A stretch of 64,000 nucleotides of DNA from Amphiscolops sp. MND2022 (taxonomy: Eukaryota): positions 33,294,001-33,358,000 of the forward strand of contig OZ076421.1 in assembly GCA_964187785.1 (NCBI GenBank), given 5' to 3'. Positions 51,001 through 62,786 of this stretch are shown here, piece by piece. The stretch's first letter is position 1. The number at the start of each line of letters is the position of its first letter. The translations under genes were made by a program, and so were the position numbers. A model generated the notes under the pieces. It saw only the letters and a list, made by a program, of their open reading frames with translations, did not search any database and was not told the origin of the DNA.

Positions 51001-54000
51001 CGCTATCACAACTCAAGATACCCCGGAAGGCGCTGCCAACCAACTTGTACGACGAAGCATCCTTGCAAATCTTCTGTGATGCCTCGGAAAAAGCATAGGG
51101 TGCCTGTGTCTATCTGGTAACAGTCAAAGATGACATCGTCTCCTCAATCCTCATCTCCTCCAATTGCAAAGTGGCTCCGAATAAACCCTGAACTCTCCCA
51201 CGACTTGAGCTCTTGGCAATTCACACTGGTGCCAAACTTGCAACAGCAGTCAAGGGGGCACTAACAAAATCAAAGCACGCATTGAACATCTCTGTGCTGT
51301 ACTCAGACTCAACAATCGCCCTCTCATGGATCAAGGCAGACCCTGCTCGATAGCATACGTTTGTGTCAAACCGCGTGTCCCAAAATCAGTCAATGCTCCC
51401 GTAAACTGAATTTACTCACGTACCATCAGAGGAAAACCCAGTAGGTCTCAGCTCACGTGGACTGCTAGCAACGCAGTTGGTGGCTCAGCAGAAGTTCTGG
51501 TTTCACGGGCCTTTGTTGTTGGGATCATCATTTCCTGACCAACCTCAGACTCACCTCACAAAGGAGGAAGCCCGCCAAGAAGTCAAATCCTTGACAGTGT
51601 CAACTTCGCCCAGTAATTCATTAGTAGAGAATTTCAATTCACTAGTGAAGTTATTACGAACCTTGTGCATTTGCAGATCAGCATTCAAGAAAGATCTCAA
51701 GAAGATCTTTGGCCGGGAGGAAATGGCTCTCGCCTTGTATGCGGTAGTCAAAGCAGATCAGATGGTACACTTTGAAGCCGAGCTCAAAGCCCTCTCAAAT
51801 GGGGAGTCCATTAACCCGAAGAGCTCAATAGCACCTCTGTATCCATTCATTGACAACGGCTTCAAGAGGGTCGGCGGCAGATTGGCCCACGGGTACTCAG
51901 TGACTGACGATCAGCGGTTCTCTTTACTGGTGTCACACCGAAGCAAACTGACTACACTTGCAATCAACGATGCCCACAAGCGAACCTTCATAGTGGTCCC
52001 ACAGTAACAGTGGCAGAGATGAGACGTCAAATCGTGGTCACTCAGGCAATGAAGAAGGCGTCAGCGTGTTCCAAGAACAGCGTTGAGTGCTTCCGCTTCA
52101 ACTCAGAGCCAACACAGCGGCTCATGGGTGACTTGCCTTCCAGTCGCATAGAGGTTCCGAACGTGCCTTCTCTTGTGTGGGCCTCGACTTCGCAGGACCT
52201 CTAACACTCAAAAATGGAATTGAATGTGTCAAGGGTTACGTAGCTGTGTTTATAAGTTTTGCTTCAAAGGCAGTTCATCTAGAGGCAGTATCATCACTGA
52301 CGTCAGATGCGATGGTGGCAGCTCTAAGACGATTCATTGCAAGACGTGGCATTCCCAGTCAAATTGTGTCCGCCAATGCAACCAACTTCGTGGGTGCAAG
52401 GCGTGACCTCAACTAGTTGGAGAAAGTGGTCCGGGCAGGGGCACAATCATACAGCAGCATTGAATGGCTCTTCATTCCTCCTCGATCACCCAATTTCGGC
52501 GGAATATGGGATGCAGCGGTGAAATCAATGAAGCAGCATTTGCGTAGAGTCATGGGCAATTCCATTCTCAACTACGAACAGATGACAACAATTTTTTCGT
52601 CCACTGATGGCTCTCACAATCAATCCAGATGACATCCTTGCGATCACTTCGTCGATGCCTGTCAATGGCAACCGATTGGATGCTATCCCGGAACCAAGTT
52701 TGCAGAAGATGGATGTCCGAGAGCATCCAGGTCAAACGATTTCGCTGTATTCAACAGCTACTCTCTCAACTTTGGAAGCAATGGTCTTTTGAGTATGTAG
52801 CATCACTTCAGCCGCGAGGCAAATGGCGGCAAGAACGTGCAAACCTCTCAGTTGATGACGTGGCACTGATCACAGACGATGGCATTCCACCACTGCAGTG
52901 GAGCATTGGTCGAGTAATGCAATTAAAGCTTGGTCATGATGGCTTAGCTTAAGTGGCATTAGTGAGAACATCGCGCGGTGAGTTCACAAGGCCTGTCAGC
53001 AAGCTGAGACGTCTACCAGTTAAGGTCACTGACCTCCACAATGCAAACGTTGAACGTCATGCACACAATGAGAAGCAGCACGAACGACAATGAAACTGCG
53101 TGCTGTGGCTTAGTGGTTAACGTTGAAGCAACAGTGACCCATTAGATAGCCGCCAGGTCGGTGGTTCCAGCCCTGCCCACACCCCCACTCCTGCCTCGCT
53201 CTGGCGAGTAGTTTCCAAATTCCTAAGGGAACTTTGCTCACAAATCTTTCCTATGATATCTTTGCCATGGGGGAGATGAAGGGCGGGGCGAGGGAGGAGG
53301 TTTAGTGAGTGAAGAGAATAAAGGAAGCCAGCCACTATTTCATTATTTTCTGCAGCCGCACACACCCAACTCAATTACTCAAAGTGTAATCAATCCCCTT
53401 ATGGATGCTGATGGTGCAGTGATGAACTCAATAATCCAATAATCCCTCATCAAAAGGTCTGGAGTTCGAATCCCCGAAACACAAAATTTTAATTTGTCCT
53501 ATTTAACTCAAACTCTTTAACTCTGCTATTTGTATTATTCACGGGTGCTTCATTTCAAACTGTATTAGCACGAGCGCTAACCATGTATTCAATGAAGCTG
53601 AGACTTCAAGGCCGGCGGGATGTTGGCGCATGACATCACTATGATAGCGCAGTAATTAATAGTCCACCTAGCACAGTGCATCAGTCTTTGCCTCCGAACC
53701 GGTCTGCGCGAGTTCGAATCTGCGACAATGCTCTTTTTTGTTTCTTTGTTTATTCAATCCTTGACGTTTAAATTTGATCCATCACTTTGCCGTAACATTA
53801 ATTATATTGCTCATTTCTCATTTATAATTTTTACCGATTGATGTTCACGTACTCATCAATAAAATGCTCAATAATGCAAATGTGTATAAACAACCTGCAA
53901 AAACTTTTTTGTTGCCCTTGGGCTGTAAGTGCCATTCATGTTTTCCAATAACCAGTCAACAACCAGTCTTCACATTTTCACTCTTCTTCTTTCATTTATC

Positions 54001-54163
54001 TTTCGGTCACGCCGTCAATAAATGTTCTCAAATATAGATCTCTTGCCTTGAGTCATGATCCAAATCGCAATAGTTTGAAATCTATCTTTGAGTTCCTTCA
54101 ATCTTCTTAATTCGAACTCTTTCTTGAGTTTCTCCGTTGTAGCTTGAAAGCTACCCCGAAACA
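48097..54163 (+). mobile_element. BEL/Pao LTR retrotransposon, degenerate, with internal deletions (6067 bp)
   Basis: 543-bp LTRs at 48097-48639 and 53621-54163, TSD TCGAG, PBS TGGTGACCTCGACGTGAT (tRNA-Trp type) at 48641-48658, and GGCCGGCGGGA before the 3' LTR. Confidence 0.95.
48654..53030 (+). pseudogene. BEL/Pao gag-pol
   Basis: VPSFSGEYTQWVSFWDQF, CMNCLGRHFVADC, CRTCNGRHHTSLH, LLVSGSQTSF, ADVAKMY, WVDD, FCDASE, GLDFAGP, GGIWDAAVKS, and LWKQWSFEY..LQPRGKW. Confidence 0.92.
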
Positions 54164-56974
54164 TCGAGTTTCTTAATTTTACGTACAGTATTACTGTGCT
54201 AAAGCGCCGTATAATTCAGTCTTTCCTTGCACTACTGCATAAAGCATTCCTTTGTGATTAGTAGGGAAGATATATGAATTTTACAATCGATCGTTTGTAA
54301 AACTAACATTATTCGCGAGTGCTACATGACATTATTAGGTAATATAACTCAACATTGCTATTACTAAGACATCGTTTCAAGTTTTACATGTCTTGTGTTT
54401 TTTAGTTTACCAAGTTTCGGTTACTTGCTGTTTTGAAAGGTGCTTGAAAATTTTGCAGTTGTGGCTGCTGAAGCAAACAGGCGCCGCTTCGAAACTGTCT
54501 ATGAATGCTTGTGATCTGATGTTTCTCTCTCTACTCGTTTGTTACTGGTATTATGTAGCTGTTTTTTAGGCGGCCAGGGCATTTATGACAACTTCATTGT
54601 AGATTTTAATGCACAAATGGCATTTCTCTTGCACATAGGGCATTACAGGTGGGTTAAGCTGTCTCCTGCTGACTTTCGTTTACCTGCGTGCTTGATCACC
54701 ATTCTAGGTTGCGTTCATATCTGCTGCCACGGGGTTGTTATGTGTTCACTGAGTGTCCAGTTATTATTGCCCATTGCAGTTGTTTTAATATTTGATACTG
54801 TTGGGGTCGTTAGAGTGTTGAAAGCTAGCAATACCCCGTACGGTTATTGGATTTTATTTTAGTTAATCAAGTTGGACATGTAACTGAGTATTTGATGTAC
54901 TTTATGGATCCTTAAGGGTGTTTGCAATGTCCCCCTGTTGCGATTGTTTATGTAGTTTCGACTTTGCTATTGGATTTCACGTGGGATTAAAAAGATGTTA
55001 TTGGTGTAGATCTAATGGGACGGTTAAAGTGAAGGTTGTCAAGAACGTTTCCTACACTTTTTTTGGAAAAGTAGATATTTGTCTTACTGAAAGCTCATAT
55101 ACCATCGGGAAAACTGCTGTATCACAAGTATTGCTAGGAACAATGGCGAAATTAGCGCTTAGTAGTAAGTTTTCATCATTATTTTCACTCATTTCGAAGA
55201 ACGAACTGGGAGAGATAATGGAAATTCGGTATGTTCAGATACTATCCAACACCCGTTTCAACACAAAGTATAGAAGTTTTATATTGAAAAATTTAGAATT
55301 GCGAATTAAAAATACTTTATTGAAAATACTGAGAACTGGCGAATTGCTGCAAGCGACTGCAAACGCATTTTCGTCAAAACCACAATAACATGCGTTTTTA
55401 TTAGGATTACTAAAGATTAGTATAAGAAATCCTATTTGAGTATAATGAATCCTTTTTGTGTATAAGAAATACTGTTTGTCTATATGTTCTCCGCGGAAAT
55501 AGTATAACTTATACTTGACACTAGTATAAGAAATCCTTATAGTGGGGTTATTTATTAGAAATCCTAATAAGTCGCACTAGGTTTTTTGATAGCAGGGATA
55601 TAAAATCCTCCGTTTTCACCAAATATTAAAAATCCTTAAATTTTCGAAAAAGTTAAAACTTACAAATAGGTAATAATAATACAAAAAATAATACATTAGG
55701 GGCCAGTGAAAATTCCCTTGTGGAGCATTTAAGGTTATTTAATAAACTTTTGAGGTTCGTGAAAGTTGTGTCTTGTAATGTATCTTGCTCAGTCTTTCTT
55801 TTACTATTTCGCTTCCGATAACGTCTATTACCGCCTATTTTCCCGATTCAAGTTTCTAACAGGGTTTCAATCTACTGACTAGACCGTTCGGTGAATTTCG
55901 CGAGAATGAGAGTTCTCTTTTCCTCCCAGCTGATGGGTGTTTGCCCAGGCTTTCATCGAGTTGTCAACATTTCGCGGTGTGATTCTTTCTTCTAAATCAC
56001 GTTTTTCCCGGTAATTTCGAGGTTGGTGTTGGATAATATTTTCGACTCCCATTAAACAATTCCACAGCAGAAGTGACCATTTTCTGAATATTTTATACTA
56101 AAAAGACATGATTTGAATAAATATGTACCAAAAGTTTTGAAATTAGTCCAGTACTTGTTTTCTTAGCTCATGTATCTACTGCTCCAATATGATGCATGCT
56201 TTGTGATGCATGATGATTCATTTTGTAATGAGGATGATATATGTGATCACTTCATAGTTAATCACTGTTGGTCAATTCTAATTTGCGTCGTCCTGCATGG
56301 TGCTTCACTTGTCACATATTTCAGCTAAGGGGTGATGCATCATACGTATGTAAATGGTTTCAAAAATGCAATCTAACTCACCAATCACTCTGGCAGATTT
56401 GATTCGTTTTCACTTAGCACATCCAACCAGCGCGTTAAATTTGCGCAATTATGCAAGTGGAACTTTCTTGAAGTTTTTTTGGAAGCCATGCTGCATCTTG
56501 ATTTCTTTGGGAAGTCAAAGTTGTCCTGTTTAAAATTTACCTAGTAATTGTTTCACAGTTTTCCAACGTCATTCTGTTTCCTACCTGTTTTTACGTTTCC
56601 GATATTTGTAGCTTTGTAGTACTCTTGTAATTCCAAATCACTTTTTTCAAACATTACACATTCATCACTATATTTTCGTTCTGCCTTCACACATATTGCG
56701 ATCCAGAAGCTCATCTATTGCCATCCTTATCGAAAACGATAATCTCCTAAAGAAAGGAATGCAATTTTTTCTCTGGAGCGACAACATGCTGATACTGTTT
56801 CAGTGCATGGCAAGCTTGGATTTAAACATTTCCCGTATAAAATCTAGCGGTATTGTTTTAGACGTCTCAGATTGAATATAAGTTGGCCAGTCTTAAACTT
56901 TCTCGACTATCTTCAGATTGGTCATTTTCCGAGTTCTGATTTTGATCGAAAACGTAGATTTCCTTATTTTCTTA

Positions 56975-57121
56975 CCAAATTTTGTTTCAGATTTGTCCCC
57001 AGCAGTCACTGCTGGGGACGAATCTGAAACAAAATTTGGATAACTCTGGATTAAATTTGGATTAAATTTGGATTAAACTCTGGATTACTAATTGCTGGTA
57101 CGGTACCAGCAATTAGTAATC
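56975..57121. repeat. Two adjacent hairpins (32-bp arms with 1 mismatch; perfect 19-bp arms), each with a 1-nt loop, separated by ~11-bp GGATTAAATTT-type repeats
   Basis: 56975-57039 and 57083-57121 read directly. Confidence 0.95.
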
Positions 57122-57129
57122 AGGAGTCA

Positions 57130-59919
57130 ACAAGACCAGAAAGGTTGTCCCAGTTCAGAAAACTTTGGTGGAGTGTTGCTTCGTCAAAGATACTCTCTTG
57201 ACAAAGACAACTGTCTCACTGAATTGGTGCCCCAAGTTTTTTGAACGACAACATAGACGAGTTCATTGACGAGGACTTGCCTGCAGATGTTATTGTTGAG
57301 CGAAAAAGACATACGCCGGCAGGTGTTGCATTCCTGATTACTGCAATTAGCCAATGTCCCTCTAGATGGAGTGCCCCCTGGACCATCGTCTGCCCCAAAC
57401 AACACGCTCCAGATCGTCGTAATAGGTGGAGAACAATTCGCTTCAAAGTTAGTTTCCAAGGACAAGCTTTCAACTTCGAAAGGGTCCCCTTACATGCAAT
57501 TCCTTACTAAGGCAAGCTTCTGAAAATAAAAGCTCAAGATCTGGAGCCAAAGAACATAACAAAAAATCCTGAGTCAGCCCTGCAAATCGAACCTAATTCG
57601 AGGTCTAAGGTTTTTGGACAGACTAGTTTGGAGCGCTTACTTGCAGAAGATGCTGGAGAAACTGCCGAATCTCACAGAAGGACACTGTTGCAATGGACGT
57701 TAGTCAACCCAGTACTGTTTCTTTTCGAGATCAAAAACGACAATCCAGGGCTGAAGCGTCTGTAACTGCAAAGTTTTCTTTTGTCTTCGCAAAGGAGTAC
57801 CAGTTCGGACTCAGATACTGATCCGGATTCAAAATCATAATTTTCATCAGCTAAAAAACTTATAGCCACCAAAAGTTCCCATGAAGCGACGTGGAAAACG
57901 TAAAGAGGGCAGTTCTCCGAGAAAATGAGAAAACCCCAGAATATCCTGGCATGGTGAATGTATCACAAATATCCGATCATCAAATTCTTCGCCACTGCAC
58001 CTGCTGATGTTGCCACATACCCTTTAAAAGTATCGCTGTGGTGTTTGTTTGGTCGACATTCCGTGAAGACCAATGTTCCATTGGAGATTTCAGGCATTAC
58101 CGCAGCGATACTCAACTGGTAAAGGAACATAGGATGCGAATGGAAACTCCAGGAGGACCATTGTTTGACAAAGAGTGCAATGAGCTTGGCGGAATGGGTC
58201 CTATTTACGCTAAGGAACGAACCAAGCGAGAGTATCTCATCTCACCGAAATTGGTCTATTACTTTCTTCGAGCAGAGCAACAGGATCAACCCGATGAAGT
58301 AAACCCCGAAGTTCCCGGCTAGGAGATCCTATCCCAACTTGGTCTCCTCACAATTGGAATACGGCAAGGAGGCTGTTTGGACTCAATAATCACTCTCTGG
58401 CAAGACCTTATGAAGGAAACAAGGACACCCGAGCCAATTTCGCTACAAGACTGAAGGCCACACAGACTTTTCGTCAGTTGAAATTCTTGTACTTCTTTTC
58501 TTCATAGAATTGTTGTAGTGGTATGGTTTTGCTTTGCAGGGACTTTGTCCCATATGTTTCGTGAGTTACTTTCTTTCTGTGTCACGTCGGTCGAAGCTAC
58601 TGGCAGCTACTCACTTCATCTTGCTGTTCGTTCTTGAAAAACAAGACGGTTCGTCACTTTTTTGTGCTGGCAACTCCCTGCACAGCTTGGACATCGCTGT
58701 CTTCCATGGACAATTGAAAAAATCCTACCATGCTCATACCTAGAGTCAATCGTTTTCTAGCTCTACTGGACAAAGAGCTTCAACTGTTGTTTCTCTCAGG
58801 CTTCACCCGGTACCTCGCTGGGAACAGTTTATGTTCGTACCTACTGTGCATATCATGGACAGGTTCGACTATCGGAGCGTACTCGACCTCTTTTTACTGC
58901 GACTCCGGTCTGTCCGTGAACTCTGGTATGTCTTTGGAAATTCCTGATGTTATGTTTTCCACATTCCCAGAGAGTTAGACTTTTGTATGTTGTCGTTACT
59001 TCATGTTTTCGATTTAGTTATTTCATCTAACAGCTATCATCCAAAATAAACAATCCATGTGAACTTGTGAATTGGTCAGTTTCCAATCTGTTTCGTAGGT
59101 CAATGGTTTCCAATGTTTGTGTAAAAATCTTCGTTTCTCGGGAAGAATTTTGGACTTCTATTAGATATTTTAATACTCATTGGGTTGATTTATTTTCTTC
59201 CCAAGATGTATTTTCAACAGATCAAAGCATGATACATTCTCGCTTCGCATTTTTGGTTTTTAGATTCCCTTTATGTATCAAGAAACTTGCACCATAATGC
59301 AGCAAATTGGTTCTTTTAGTCGTTTCTTTTTCTTCAGTTCTCATTTTTGACTCTACGTTACTTAACGCAATAAATCAGCAGATGAATTGTGCCGTAATAT
59401 TATCATGTCTTGTTGATCTTTGCGCGTGCACAGATTAGTTATTGTATTTGTCTCGTTGCCTTTTCGCCATTTTCTAACACGTGAATTTTTTACTCTAATC
59501 ATTGCAATGACAGTTAGTCCATGCAGTTTTGCTTCAGGTTGATTTCATTTTTGTTTATGAGCTCCCATATGCTGCGGAGATCATGGATCGCCTGATCTCA
59601 AATTGGGACCAGGTTACTTCTCAACGACGGGGCAGCAGAAGCGTGCCAGCATTAATTTGTAAATACCTTGTTACAAGCGAGTTAGCAACATCGTCTTTCG
59701 CCCATCTTTCTTTGACGAAGCAGTGATTCGAGAAGGCAGTGGGTCTCACTACATGGACTCATTACATCTAACAGCGGGCTACTGCGTGCAGCAAAGATGG
59801 ATCGTCCCACACTCAAAGCTAGTGATAGTGAGTGAATACTTGTCGCTCATGGCCAAGTTCCGGTCAGATAAGGTATCCAGTCCCAACGAATAGGTCGATT
59901 TCTTTTCCCGTTATTATGA
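57130..59919 (+). pseudogene. Accessory gene copy 3 (BED/hAT-like), heavily decayed and cut by the LTR at 59920 (left end approximate)
   Basis: KFFATAPADVATYP-KYRCGVCLVD-SVKTNVPLEI-RHYRSDTQL at 57980-58130, QD*RPHRLF|gtcagt..ttgcag intron at 58473-58539, SVEATGSYSL, and SFFDEAVIREG..IVSEYLSL near 59700-59860. Confidence 0.65.
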
Positions 59920-60936
59920 TGTCGCAGGCTGCCGCTTGCGATGGGACACGAATCACAACGACTACTAACGAACAAGAAGCCGTACCGGGCACTCTACCCA
60001 CATTTTAGGAGAATTATTCAAAACTTTCAGTAAAACTCACTGTTGGTTTATTACATTCATTATGTATTCGGATTGAATATTAGTCTGATTAATACCCGTG
60101 TTAGAATTCAAACGGTGATGATTATGTTTATATGATGAATTGTTTAGCAGTGACGTAATGTAATAAAGGCAAGTGTAAAGCTTAAAGGAAACGAGTTCAA
60201 GTGAACGAAACTCCAATTCCGGAGACGTCACTTGAGCTCATTTCATTAGCCAATCAGAACGCTCTATCCTGCTGTGCATTATACTGTCATATTTGTTTGG
60301 CCGTATACGGCCACTTGACGCTATACTTTATTTTGTAAGCGAACCAAAGGCAAATGGCCGGATTAGGCCATTCCAACTATTAGCTTTTGTAATTGTTTAA
60401 TTTGAGTATGCGTGTTATTTAAAGTCATGTAGGATTATATTTGTATTTAGAAGGCGCTAATGAGGCTATTTAAACCCAATTGATGTAGTTGTGACCACCA
60501 GTCATAAAACTCTAAATACTAGTCCAGCGGACTAAACCGGTCACTTTAATTGGATGGTACCTTTGTCAAATGGCCGAATTGGGCCGCGCTCACTTTTTAT
60601 TAGTGCATATAATTAGAGTTGCTACCTGATGAATTAGCCTGCGTGTGCAGGCACGTGCCTTAGATATCTCACATACCTGTTGACACAAATATTACTTTGA
60701 AGTGTCTGAACATGTATTTGCCTTGATGTTAATTGTTACGGGAATGCGGACTAAACCGTCCCCCGTACTTTGAAGCCATCATGAGTATGTAATTGAGTGC
60801 ATTCCTCAGGAATTCTTCCGACCCTAAATTCCTGAATCGCTTTGATGCAATAGCTATTTTCCAATCCTCGTAAAATCTCACGATCCTTTAGAGTATGTAA
60901 ACATTTCAATAATATGTGGAAAATGTGAGTGTCACA

Positions 60937-60974
60937 CCTCAGGAGGTATATATACATATACCTCCCTTCTGAGG
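60937..60974 (+). promoter_or_regulatory. TATA-like element within an imperfect inverted repeat, ~120 nt upstream of the gag ATG
   Basis: CCTCAGGAGGTATAT-ATAC-ATATACCTCC(CTT)CTGAGG. TATA-like motifs also sit 120-160 nt upstream of gag in the other two LTR families. Confidence 0.45.
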
Positions 60975-61067
60975 GGACACAATTTGCTTTCTTTCCATAA
61001 CGTTCAGTTCATTGATATTACCAGTTTTCCGAACTAATTCAATATTAACCTCGGACTTTCTTTCTAA

Positions 61068-62786
61068 ATGCCTACTACTAGGAAACAGAAGAAAGCAAGG
61101 AAATCTAGAGAAGCAGAGACGCTATCAGACATTGAGAATTTGGATATTATGCTCGGAGGAAACCACTTTGATAGAAATGAGAGGAGTGAAAGTATGTATA
61201 GTAATCAGGCCGGTAGACCAGAAAGCTTATTTGAAGACGAACTTGAAAATGAGAATGAGAATGAGTTCCCAAACCCAGGAAATAATGGACCTAGCCCAAA
61301 TACCGAATTAGGCCAAAATTCAATTAGGGAGAGTTCAAGTGTTGAGATCAATAGACTGTCGAGCGAGTTAAATTCCCGTATATCTCGAGAAATGGACGAA
61401 ATGATGAACAGCGTCAGTGTTCAGATTCAAAGGGCAATAAATGAAGCGATCAGTAGTCAAATTTTGCCTCAAATCCAAAACGCAGTTATGGCCGGGTCTG
61501 GACAGTTGACCAAAGGGAGATGGAACGTTCCGGCCGAGAGACCAGAAGGATATTCCGAAGTGCTGCAAAACTTAGAACCTAGGAATAATTCTAAGAGTAA
61601 GCAGGCCAATGACCGCCCCAAAGACGGATTCACGAGCACGATCCCTCGTGCTTACGACATGGTGACAGGAGACAACGAATCTCCACTTCAAGTTCCCGAG
61701 TTTCTCACGGGACGAGTCTCATCCAGAAACCATCTCGACAGGTCCTATGAGGACATCAACCATGACACGACGATCCCAGCGCAAGAGAGAAATGCTCCGG
61801 CTGCTCAAACCGACCCTATTACTCGACTGGCAGATGTCTTGACAACGATGCAGAATAGGCCGACAGCCCAACAACTCACTATACGCCCAGTCAATTCCAA
61901 CACAATGACTTTTGACGGCAAGAGTGAAAAATTCGAACTGTTTGAGGACCTGTTCCATACGATGATCAAGATGCAACCGGAAATGACGGAACAGATGAAA
62001 ATAAATCACTTCCACTCATTGCTGAGGAAGAATGCTCTCCAAACCTTCCTGAACATCAGCTCGAGTAAAAGACAGACTTTAGAGGACGTATTGGTCATAT
62101 TCAGACGAAAATACGTCAAGCCCGAATCACAAGCGACTGCCAAACATAAATGGCACCGTCTAGTCTTTGATCCCAACACGATGAAACTGCCAGATTTCCT
62201 TGAAGAATTAAATCAAGGGGCAGAAAAAGCATTCGGGGATCACGCGCAAAAAATGATTGACAGTTTGCTCTACGCAAAACCGCCACCAAAACTGAAGCGG
62301 TCTATAAATATGGCCAGACTCGAAAATGGCTCTTATGACGAAATAGTTGCTCATTTAGAGAGAGAGTTAGAACTAAATGCCCTAGAGGAATCAGACGACC
62401 TACCAATGGCCACAATGACCTCCTCGACAACAAAATCCAAGACTCCTCTAACTACTGGGCAAATGTCGGACATCACTTGCAACTATTGCAAGGAGAAGGG
62501 CCATATGGTCAAAGACTGTGAAAAATTGAAGAAGAAAAAGGAAAAAGATGCCCAACAAGGCAAACAGACTCAGAAAAAGACGTATCCGGAGTGTGGCACT
62601 TGTGGTAAAAAGAACCACCCGGAAGAAAGATGCTGGCAAGGCGCTGGTGCGCATCTCAAACCCAAACGCACCAGACCAGATGATGCCAATGACGGTAAGC
62701 CCAATTCAAAAGCGCAGAAACCGCAAAACAAGTCAACATCTTCAAACTCACAATCCTCATCTTCTAATGATGAGTCAAAAAACTAA
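61068..62786 (+). CDS. gag: Gag (572 aa) with two zinc knuckles; first 197 codons inside the LTR
   Basis: FDGKSEKFELFEDLF, CNYCKEKGHMVKDC and CGTCGKKNHPEERC, with no interruption. Confidence 0.95.
   Translation: MPTTRKQKKARKSREAETLSDIENLDIMLGGNHFDRNERSESMYSNQAGRPESLFEDELENENENEFPNPGNNGPSPNTELGQNSIRESSSVEINRLSSELNSRISREMDEMMNSVSVQIQRAINEAISSQILPQIQNAVMAGSGQLTKGRWNVPAERPEGYSEVLQNLEPRNNSKSKQANDRPKDGFTSTIPRAYDMVTGDNESPLQVPEFLTGRVSSRNHLDRSYEDINHDTTIPAQERNAPAAQTDPITRLADVLTTMQNRPTAQQLTIRPVNSNTMTFDGKSEKFELFEDLFHTMIKMQPEMTEQMKINHFHSLLRKNALQTFLNISSSKRQTLEDVLVIFRRKYVKPESQATAKHKWHRLVFDPNTMKLPDFLEELNQGAEKAFGDHAQKMIDSLLYAKPPPKLKRSINMARLENGSYDEIVAHLERELELNALEESDDLPMATMTSSTTKSKTPLTTGQMSDITCNYCKEKGHMVKDCEKLKKKKEKDAQQGKQTQKKTYPECGTCGKKNHPEERCWQGAGAHLKPKRTRPDDANDGKPNSKAQKPQNKSTSSNSQSSSSNDESKN

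Noticed and set aside
54918-55388. 156-aa plus-strand ORF as a host gene
   Set aside because: It starts at GTG, has no recognisable motif, and the opposite strand looks at least as protein-like.
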